A DNA stretch of 16,937 nt from Sulfurospirillum sp. GTDB lineage: Bacteria; Campylobacterota; Campylobacteria; Campylobacterales; Sulfurospirillaceae. The stretch is taken from the NCBI GenBank assembly GCA_045047115.1, contig JASFYR010000003.1, forward strand, positions 1 to 16,937. Reading direction: 5' to 3'. Below the pieces are notes generated by a model, which did not search any database, was not told the DNA's origin, and worked only from the letters and a program-made list of their open reading frames with translations. The translations under genes were made by a program, and so were the position numbers. Positions 9,212 through 15,618 of this stretch are shown here, piece after piece (within the stretch, counting starts at the first letter, position 1; each line of letters begins with the position of its first letter).

Positions 9212-9931
9212 TTATTTGATTTTAACCAAAATATGCTTATTATTTGAACCATCTTTAAAACTCTCTTCCTCAATAGTTAAATACTTTAACGATTTTACAA
9301 GCTGTCCCATTTTTTCATAACCATATGTTCTAGTATCAAATTCCGGATTTGTTTTTTTGATATGAAGAGTCAAAGTTGTTAATCTCGCCAATCCACTTTC
9401 ATTTGAAACAGCTTTTATGGCATTGATTATCATTTGCTTCAATTTTTTATCATCACTGACTCTGTTTGTAGGCTTGGTAGTTTCTCTTAGATTTTCTGTA
9501 AAAATAAATTCATCACAGGCAGAAATGAAAGCCTCAGGTGTTTTTTTCTCACCAAAGCCATAGACAACCAGTCCATTTTCTCTTATCCTGGTTGACAATC
9601 TTGTAAAATCACTATCTGATGATATGATACAAAAACCATCGACATTGTTATCATGCAATATATCCATAGCATCAATGATGAGTGATGAATCTGTGGAATT
9701 TTTTCCACTCGTATAGCTAAATTGCTGAATTGGCTGTATGGCATATTTATGCAAATGCTCTTTCCACAGCCTTAATCTATCTGTCGTCCAATCACCATAG
9801 GCTCTTTTGATATTTGCAGTGCCATACTTTGCAATCTCTTTTAACAAATTTGAGATGATTGATGCTTGTGCATTATCTGAATCTATCAAAACTGCTAATT
9901 TTAAATTTTTCCTTAAATCTTCTTCTATCAT
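9212..9931 (-). CDS. NYN domain protein (LabA/DUF88-like PIN fold) with C-terminal OST-HTH/LOTUS domain
   Basis: AVLIDSDN, KRAYGDW, GKNSTD..L.IDAMD, SSDSDF..L..R.RE.G..V.G.G motifs. C-terminal PEFD.R.YG. Likely ATG at 9931 after AGGAAAGGA. Confidence 0.92.
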   Translation of the reverse strand: MIEEDLRKNLKLAVLIDSDNAQASIISNLLKEIAKYGTANIKRAYGDWTTDRLRLWKEHLHKYAIQPIQQFSYTSGKNSTDSSLIIDAMDILHDNNVDGFCIISSDSDFTRLSTRIRENGLVVYGFGEKKTPEAFISACDEFIFTENLRETTKPTNRVSDDKKLKQMIINAIKAVSNESGLARLTTLTLHIKKTNPEFDTRTYGYEKMGQLVKSLKYLTIEEESFKDGSNNKHILVKIK

Positions 9932-10075
9932 TTTCCTTTCCTTTATATTTCTTTTAAAATAGCCCACAAGTTCGTGCGGGCATTTATCTTCTTCTATGAT
10001 TTCAATATAACCTGCGCAGGCTTAACATCATTTAGAATTTGCATAATACTATATTAAAACTAAATTATCAAAACT

Positions 10076-10156
10076 TTATTTCATAACACCAACTCTTGTA
10101 GCACATCCTGCAATAAAAAGTACAATAAATATAGCAAATAAAATTTTCTTTACCAT
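10076..10156 (-). pseudogene. Truncated lipoprotein remnant (signal peptide only)
   Basis: GGAG RBS, then MVKKILFAIFIVLFIAGC (lipobox) and a stop 8 codons after the Cys. Confidence 0.4.
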
Positions 10157-10378
10157 AATATTCTCCATAATTTGATTTACCAAATTTGTTAATTTTAAAC
10201 AAATAGGCATATATAAATTCAAAGAATTTTTATATTTCATAAATTTTGATGAAACTTTTTTAAAAAGTTTTGAGCCAATCACTTCAAAATAAAATATTTA
10301 ATGATGATTAATTTTGGAAAAAACCTTTAAACAATGTTCTATTGTAAATTTATCAGTCATCGGGTCTTTAAAACTTAG

Positions 10379-10431
10379 ATACAACGGTTGCGCCCGCGGA
10401 GGACTGTCCGAGTTGATTGCTTTTGTTAGGC
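10379..10431 (-). other. Short/degenerate attC site (53 bp)
   Basis: Minus strand GCCTAAC (includes the gene stop) ... CAACC-GTTGTAT. L boxes pair poorly. The R'' is complementary to the core site at 11757-11763. Confidence 0.65.
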
Positions 10432-11607
10432 ATCAATCTTATTCGAGACAGCATTCCCAACCGGATTGATGTGGGCGTGGGGGTAGTGAGGCTCACGCTT
10501 TTGAAACGACAGAATAGAAGGATCCTGAATCACGCCACCATCAATACTTATAGCCTGTCGAATGGTCTCATTTTTCTGCCAACTATCACGGCCCGCCACC
10601 ACAATTGGTAAATAAACAATGAGAGCAGCAGAGATTGAGCGCGATGCACTTTCCCAGAGATAGCTTGGAGTATGATCCACGGCGTAGTAATCTATGGTTT
10701 TATACTTAAACATCGGATTTTTAAATGTGGTTGGTTTGGCAAAAAAGAATCCCATGCCCTCGTCGCAACTGACATCAATAATCAGACTGTTGGGCTTGAG
10801 GCATGAACTTTCCGCTTCGGTCACAAAGTGGATGGGGTTTTCTATTTCTTGAAAAGTTCCGTTTATAATGATATCTGCTTCACTGATCAGATCAGTCAAC
10901 GGCCGCGCAGTTCCATCGTGTTCCACCACCACCATGCGTGCCTCGCCCTCAGCGCCTGTCCGAATCCGGACATAGTGACAATCAAGCACCTCTTCACGTA
11001 CTTCGTGGTCGGGGCGCTGAATGCAGATTGTGATATCTCTAAAACCGTGCGCCTTGAGGGCATATATGGCCCCACGGCTGACTGCACCAAACCCGAAAAT
11101 GATAGTTTTGCGTTGGTTGCCGTAGTGCCCATCGATACCTTTAAGTTGTAAGGCATGTATTACCGCGCAATAGCCTGCCATTTCGTTGTTCTTATAGAAG
11201 GTGTGGCGGCCAATCTGACCGTTGGGAGTCCAAACAAACATTTCCTCAAAGGCTATGAGCGTCAGCTTGCGATCGAGTGCAACTTGGGTGATATCCCGTT
11301 GCTGTGCACAATGCACATAGCCCCAAAGTGTTCCTCCTTTGCGAAGTTCTTGTAAATCAGCTAATACAGGTTTGGAAATAATAACCGTGCCAATGTCGGC
11401 CAATAAATCGTGGCGTGTGGCAACACCACCCGTCTGAGCAGCAATTTCCGAGTCTGAGACACCGAATGGCTCCCCATAACCCTCCTCAAATATCAGCTGG
11501 CGGCGAATGTCTTCAGGGATGCGCGGCAAATGCTCTGGATGGATTGGAACCCGTCGCTCATCTTCTTTTTTTGAAATCCCAATGACTCCCAGTGTTAATT
11601 TACTCAT
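10426..11607 (-). CDS. N5-(carboxyethyl)ornithine synthase-like protein (AlaDH/PNT superfamily), cassette 10385-11762
   Basis: S.KE.ERR.PIHP, FE.GYG..FG..D, WG..HC.Q, F..NNE.AGYC.V.HA, DVSCD.GMG, YYAVDH.PS motifs. Likely ATG at 11607 after AAGGAAA. Visibly more GC-rich than the host genes. Confidence 0.85.
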   Translation of the reverse strand: MSKLTLGVIGISKKEDERRVPIHPEHLPRIPEDIRRQLIFEEGYGEPFGVSDSEIAAQTGGVATRHDLLADIGTVIISKPVLADLQELRKGGTLWGYVHCAQQRDITQVALDRKLTLIAFEEMFVWTPNGQIGRHTFYKNNEMAGYCAVIHALQLKGIDGHYGNQRKTIIFGFGAVSRGAIYALKAHGFRDITICIQRPDHEVREEVLDCHYVRIRTGAEGEARMVVVEHDGTARPLTDLISEADIIINGTFQEIENPIHFVTEAESSCLKPNSLIIDVSCDEGMGFFFAKPTTFKNPMFKYKTIDYYAVDHTPSYLWESASRSISAALIVYLPIVVAGRDSWQKNETIRQAISIDGGVIQDPSILSFQKREPHYPHAHINPVGNAVSNKIDA

Positions 11608-11756
11608 CCGTTTCCTTTTTGTTAAACAAATCAATACGGGTAACTTCATGAACGAATTCTCAACTTCGCCAATAGGCCCGTTTTTATATACTCTGATCTA
11701 CCACAAGCGTTCCAGAGTTTCAGAAAGTGAAACTCTGTACAAGACGGGTATATCAA

Positions 11757-11799
11757 GCCTAACGATGGCACACTTTAGTGTGCTCAGCGGTCGTTATCT
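11757..11799 (-). other. Minimal attC-like site (43 bp)
   Basis: Minus strand AGATAAC-GACCGCTGA-GCACAC-TAAA-GTGTGC-CATC-GTTAGGC. Both core sites match their partner sites at 12903-12910 and 10425-10431. Confidence 0.7.
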
Positions 11800-11839
11800 G
11801 CTGATACCTTTAAATGCACCGTCTAAAAGCAGTCCTTTG

Positions 11840-12876
11840 TTACTGTCTCAGGTAACCAGATACATTTATCCGTTTTCCATCTCTATAGATCAAAAATGAT
11901 ATTTTTCCCCCATCTTCTGTGTTTTGAATCTCTTTTATAAGTACATTAGGATTGTTTATAATCTTATTGTTAACTGCAAGAATAATGTCATTTGTTTGGA
12001 TTCCCATCTCTTTTGCCGAATTAAGGTTCGATTTATAGGGAGGTTGCCAACTTGTATCCAAGACCAAAACACCTTCTTTTTTACTAAGACGGAAAGGCTC
12101 CATAAACTCAGCGTCCATAAACTCGCTTGTTAATGGGATGAATTTCACACCACGTATACTATATCCCCCAAACGAATCATTATGTAGAAGATCACAAGGA
12201 TGAGCATCTGAAGAAACCCGCATTATTTCAGCAATCGTTGGATCATCTCCGGAGATACTTCCTATCCATCCAGCATTTGTCCCAAACTCAGGAAATGTTC
12301 TAGCAACCATAATTGGAAACACACTTCGTAAATCAGAACTAGACCCTTTGCTTCGCACTGTAATTTTCCATAGCTGAGAACGTCTGTCTTTTGCGTCATA
12401 CGCCTCTAAGATGAAAAATCTTTCATAAGTCGTTGAGCTGTTTATTACGGTTTCTGTTTTAGGTGGAACATTTATCCACGTCCATCCGACCAGGTAGCTA
12501 TATCCATTGGAAGTAGTATAAGTGGTAGTAGAGGTCTCTGTTTGGGGGCTCCCTATCCCATATGCAAGTCGAATAATCAGGCCCGCGCTCTTTCACTGCC
12601 TACACGTTTGTATCCTTTCTGCGATAGGGCATTTTCTACATACCTTGCGAACTCTTTGAATTGTAAATCGTTATCGCTAACGCCTTTCATGGCGGATGAT
12701 ATGATATAAGTCTTATCCCCTAAGTTAGCTCCGGTATCAGCTATCGAATCAACATTTATACTATAACTCTGTACGTATGGTGTAGTAGGAGTAGGAACGG
12801 TAACACACCCGGCTAACAATAAAATAAATATGGCAAAACCGCCTAAAGTTAATACAGAACCCTTTATATTTTTCAT
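11840..12876 (-). pseudogene. Frameshifted lipoprotein (DUF4136-like N-terminal part, C-terminal PDZ domain), cassette 11763-12909
   Basis: Lipobox LLAGC. Adding one base in the GAAAG run near 12591-12593 joins ORF 12577-12876 to an open frame (SAGLIIRLAYGIG...QLWKITVRSKG) running into ORF 11840-12358, giving about 345 aa. PDZ signature G.....S..A...GI...DIILAVN..I...IYRDGK. Confidence 0.8.
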
Positions 12877-12903
12877 GTTTTTCCTTTCTTGTCTGCAATG
12901 AAC

Positions 12904-12971
12904 AGATAACGGTTGAAGATAACCAATAAATTGCCACTAGGGAATTTATCGGCTACTCTGTTTTGTTATGT
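12904..12971 (-). other. attC site (68 bp)
   Basis: Minus strand ACATAAC-AAAAC-AGAGTAGCCGATAAATT-CCCTAGTGGC-AATTTATTGGTTATCTT-CAACC-GTTATCT, starting 2 bp after the relE stop. Confidence 0.9.
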
Positions 12972-12973
12972 GT

Positions 12974-13249
12974 TTAGTCATATGCTTGCTGTCTATGTTT
13001 AAAATCAACAACAGCTATAATAAGCTTATCGTCTTCAATAAGATAAAAAAGCCTATAGTTTCCAATTCTGTATCGATAATAACCTTCTAAATTATCTTTT
13101 AGTTTCTTTATGTTTGATCCATAAAATGGATTTTCTCTCAACTGAGGATAAACAAAATTTTCAATTTTTGAATACAGTTTCTTATCTATCTTTTTTTTAA
13201 CTTTTTCAAAAGTTTTAGTTTCAGCAATTTGATACTTAGACAATTGCAT
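12974..13249 (-). CDS. RelE/ParE family toxin (RelE/StbE-like)
   Basis: 91 aa, basic, IKKL....EGYYRYRIGNYRLFY.I......V....HRQ.AY. Overlaps the upstream antitoxin. Confidence 0.9.
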   Translation of the reverse strand: MQLSKYQIAETKTFEKVKKKIDKKLYSKIENFVYPQLRENPFYGSNIKKLKDNLEGYYRYRIGNYRLFYLIEDDKLIIAVVDFKHRQQAYD

Positions 13250-13472
13250 AGTCACCTTTTTTGAAATCTTCTAATCCATTCATAAGGTTTTGCACAAGTT
13301 CTTTATCTTCTAGTATCTCATTCATTTCATCTTTTTCTACAAACTGTGAGGAAGTCAGGTATTGCATTGTCGCAAACTCTATGAAATTTGATAAATTTCT
13401 TCTTTGACCTTGGGCTGCAAGTTTTATCATATCGTAAATAGAGTCATCAACTCTCATTGTAACTGTCTTCAT
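13236..13472 (-). CDS. Ribbon-helix-helix antitoxin
   Basis: 78 aa, N-terminal KTVTMRVDD...IK.AA....R.LSNFI (RHH), acidic C-terminus, directly upstream of the toxin. Confidence 0.85.
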   Translation of the reverse strand: MKTVTMRVDDSIYDMIKLAAQGQRRNLSNFIEFATMQYLTSSQFVEKDEMNEILEDKELVQNLMNGLEDFKKGDYAIV

Positions 13473-13503
13473 GAATAATCCTTTTTGAATATTTATATAT
13501 CTA

Positions 13504-13532
13504 ATTATATTCAAATTTATTCATTTTGTCAA
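13504..13532 (-). promoter_or_regulatory. Cassette-internal sigma70 promoter of TA pair 1
   Basis: Perfect TTGACA-17 bp-TATAAT on the minus strand. Confidence 0.85.
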
Positions 13533-13545
13533 TATATTTCTTTTC

Positions 13546-13613
13546 ACATAACGGTCGAGGAGAGCCAATAAATTTCCGCTAGGTAATTTATTGGATATTC
13601 TGTTTTGTTATAA
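13546..13613 (-). other. attC site (68 bp)
   Basis: Minus strand TTATAAC-AAAAC-AGAATATCCAATAAATT-ACCTAGCGGA-AATTTATTGGCTCTCCT-CGACC-GTTATGT. Closely similar to the site at 12904. Confidence 0.9.
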
Positions 13614-13615
13614 GT

Positions 13616-13867
13616 TTAGCAAGCTTCTTTTCTATGTGCAACTCGGATGACGGATATAACTAAATAATCATTTTCTTTTAAATATATTATTCTGTAGTTT
13701 CCTGCTCTTTTTCTAAATTTACCCTTGTGCTTACCTTTTAACTGTTTGTCATTTGAAAAATTACCATCTTGCAAATCTAAAATTTTTGTTGATACAAGTT
13801 TTTGTGCTTAAATATCTAATTTTAAAAATTCTTTTTCAGCATCTTTGTCGAATGCTACTTTATACAT
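13616..13867 (-). pseudogene. RelE family toxin with in-frame nonsense codon (missing from the ORF track)
   Basis: Manual translation: MYKVAFDKDAEKEFLKLDI*AQKLVSTKILDLQDGNFSNDKQLKGKHKGKFRKRAGNYRIIYLKENDYLVISVIRVAHRKEAC*. TAA at codon 20 (13808-13810). The start overlaps the antitoxin stop. Confidence 0.88.
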
Positions 13868-14090
13868 TAATCCCAGCTTTTTTAAAAACTTCTTCTAGCG
13901 GAACAAGTGTCGTTTTCCCAGCTTTTAAATTATCAATTCTTTTATCCGCAATCATTTCATCTAGTTTATCGAAATATAATTCAATAGCTTTTTCAACAAG
14001 ACTTGTTCTTGTTTTATCTAGTTCCTGAGCATATTCATCAAGAGTTCTCACAACATCTTTCTCTAGTCTGATATTTATTGCTTGTTTCAT
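13860..14090 (-). CDS. RelB/CopG-like RHH antitoxin
   Basis: 76 aa, KQAINIRLE......LD..A....KTRT.LVEKAIE (RHH), C-terminal LVPLEEV. Likely ATG at 14090. Confidence 0.88.
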   Translation of the reverse strand: MKQAINIRLEKDVVRTLDEYAQELDKTRTSLVEKAIELYFDKLDEMIADKRIDNLKAGKTTLVPLEEVFKKAGINV

Positions 14091-14125
14091 AATATTAAAA
14101 CCTTTTAGTTTAATTTGTATACACA

Positions 14126-14154
14126 ATTGTAGTGCAAATTAAAAACTTTGTCAA
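14126..14154 (-). promoter_or_regulatory. Cassette-internal sigma70 promoter of TA pair 2
   Basis: TTGACA-17 bp-TACAAT on the minus strand, with an adjacent palindrome TGTATACA (candidate operator). Confidence 0.8.
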
Positions 14155-14158
14155 GTAC

Positions 14159-14198
14159 TTATAACGGTCGCGCTGAAGGACAAGGTAAATTAGCGGCT
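14159..14198 (-). other. Half attC site (R' side only), truncated by the RAYT repeats
   Basis: Minus strand ...CAGCGCGACC-GTTATAAG. The core site is complementary to 13607-13614 and shares the C(A/G)ACC-GTT signature of the other sites. No R'' half was found. Confidence 0.7.
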
Positions 14199-14313
14199 TG
14201 GGAATTAAAGTGGGAATTAAAGGGGAATTAAGATTAAAGGATTAAAGGGGGAAGGATTAAAGGAGGGATTAAAGGGGACAGAGGGGGATTAAAGGGGACA
14301 GGGTACTACTTTT
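14199..14313 (+). repeat. Left stuttered repeat tract of the RAYT element
   Basis: Eight ATTAA-containing units that are variably truncated versions of GGGATTAAAGGGGACAG. The innermost copy is complete and continues GGTACTACTTTT. Confidence 0.9.
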
Positions 14314-14959
14314 ATTGATCTTCTATCACTTTTTTAGGTCTTCCTTTAGGGTTTATAGTTGATGTTATATCGTATTTTTGTGCTGTATTGATGATCCAAT
14401 CGTCATCACCATAAGGACTTTGTCTTTGGATTGAATTATCTATTTTTACTTTTTCTGTTTTATTTAAAACTTCTTTTTTAATCTCTTCCCAATTTTTAGG
14501 AAGTTCTATCGGTAATTCATCTAAAAAATCATTGATTTCACTATTTGATGATACGAATTTCCATTGTTTTAGTTTTGCTCTTTGCGGGTTTTGCTCCACA
14601 TAGTTTAGTAGTGTTAAAAAATAATTATTTCTTTGAACGATAAAGCTTTTATATCTTCCTTGCCAAAGATGACCTGAGGTTTTATATGTTTTATTATAAT
14701 ATCTCACATAACTTGTAAGTAACCATTGCATGTACTTACTTAAATCTTCTGCTTCATTTGGTTCTATGATAAAGTGAAAATGATTTGGCATTAGTACAAA
14801 GCTATATAGTTTTACATTTACCATTTTTTTAGCTGTTATCATGAGCTCAATAAATTTTTCATAATCTTTCGCATTGTGAAATACTTCAGCTCTTCTGTTC
14901 CCTCTGTTGATGATATGATATATCTCACCACCTGCCAAACCTCTGGCAATTCTTGGCAT
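14312..14959 (-). CDS. REP-associated tyrosine transposase (RAYT/TnpA-REP, Y1 HUH endonuclease; MPRxxR...GHLxQGR subtype)
   Basis: YH...RGN, LMPNHFH (HUH motif), GHLWQGRYKS, catalytic YVEQNP, C-terminal GRPKK. Intact 215 aa with an AAGGA RBS. Confidence 0.93.
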   Translation of the reverse strand: MPRIARGLAGGEIYHIINRGNRRAEVFHNAKDYEKFIELMITAKKMVNVKLYSFVLMPNHFHFIIEPNEAEDLSKYMQWLLTSYVRYYNKTYKTSGHLWQGRYKSFIVQRNNYFLTLLNYVEQNPQRAKLKQWKFVSSNSEINDFLDELPIELPKNWEEIKKEVLNKTEKVKIDNSIQRQSPYGDDDWIINTAQKYDITSTINPKGRPKKVIEDQ

Positions 14960-15010
14960 GTTGATTCCTTTTGTAGGTAGTTTGTGAGTAATTATATATC
15001 AATGTTTCTT

Positions 15011-15096
15011 AAAAGTAGCCTGTCCCCTTTAACTCTTTTCCCCTTCTGTCCCCTTTAACTCTTTTCCCCTTTAACTCTGTCCCCTTTAACTCTTTT
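15011..15096 (-). repeat. Right stuttered repeat tract of the RAYT element (inverted relative to the left tract)
   Basis: Four copies of CCCCTTTAACTC, three preceded by CTGT (15020, 15046, 15077). The innermost copy AAAAGTAGCCTGTCCCCTTTAA is inverted to the left end. Confidence 0.9.
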
Positions 15097-15355
15097 AATC
15101 GTAGTGTGTCCACATTCGATAAACTTTTATTAACTTTTCTTCCTCAAAAACTTCATAAACTAATCTATGTTGTTTATTAATTCTTCTTGAAATTTTACCT
15201 TTTAAATTAGCTGATAAATATTCAAATTTTGGTGGATATTGTAAAGGTTCTTTTTCGATTAAATTTAATAATTCTTGAACCTTTGGTTTTAATCCACTTG
15301 AAGCTACTTTTTTAGAATCTTTTTTTGCTTGCGGTGAAAATAATAATTGATACAT
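15095..15355 (-). CDS. Txe/YoeB family addiction module toxin
   Basis: 86 aa, P...PP..E.L...L.G..SRRIN.QHRLVY.V.......V..MWTHY. Confidence 0.93.
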   Translation of the reverse strand: MYQLLFSPQAKKDSKKVASSGLKPKVQELLNLIEKEPLQYPPKFEYLSANLKGKISRRINKQHRLVYEVFEEEKLIKVYRMWTHYD

Positions 15356-15356
15356 T

Positions 15357-15575
15357 TTACCAATCTAATTTATCAGCTGTTACATAATTCTTAATTGGTT
15401 CATTTGAGGCTTGAACTATACTTTGCTCCATACCTTTAATACTTCGTAAATAATCACTGTCATTTTGATAAGTTGTTTTATCTAATATCTCAACTTCATT
15501 TTGTGAAAAATGATTTAAAAGCCATAAGAATTTATCACTTATATTGTCTTCAATTTTTAAAGTTACTGTTTGCAT
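15357..15575 (-). CDS. Putative antitoxin of the YoeB module
   Basis: 72 aa, acidic, 1 bp upstream of the toxin. C-terminal YL.SI.GM..SI resembles Phd/YefM-type neutralising tails, while the N-terminus is not canonical Phd. Extended -10 TGGTAAAAT and AAGGA RBS upstream. Confidence 0.75.
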   Translation of the reverse strand: MQTVTLKIEDNISDKFLWLLNHFSQNEVEILDKTTYQNDSDYLRSIKGMEQSIVQASNEPIKNYVTADKLDW

Positions 15576-15618
15576 TGTAAATCCTTTTATTTTATTTTAC
15601 CATAATTAGATTGTAAAA

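Noticed and set aside
9970..10030. attC or attI site upstream of the NYN gene
   Set aside because: ATATAAC is present, but there is no matching GTTRRRY at a suitable distance and no extended stem.
10417..14028. Plus-strand and nested ORFs in the array (10417-10611, 10828-11151, 10896-11156, 11507-11899, 11924-12133, 13753-14028)
   Set aside because: They overlap recognisable minus-strand cassette genes or cross attC sites, with no family signal.
14199..14313. CRISPR array in the repeat tracts around the RAYT gene
   Set aside because: Units are short, variable in length and adjacent, with no unique spacers and no cas genes.
14312..14959. Classical IS200/IS605 element
   Set aside because: No tnpB and no subterminal hairpins. 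The protein length and motifs fit the RAYT branch.
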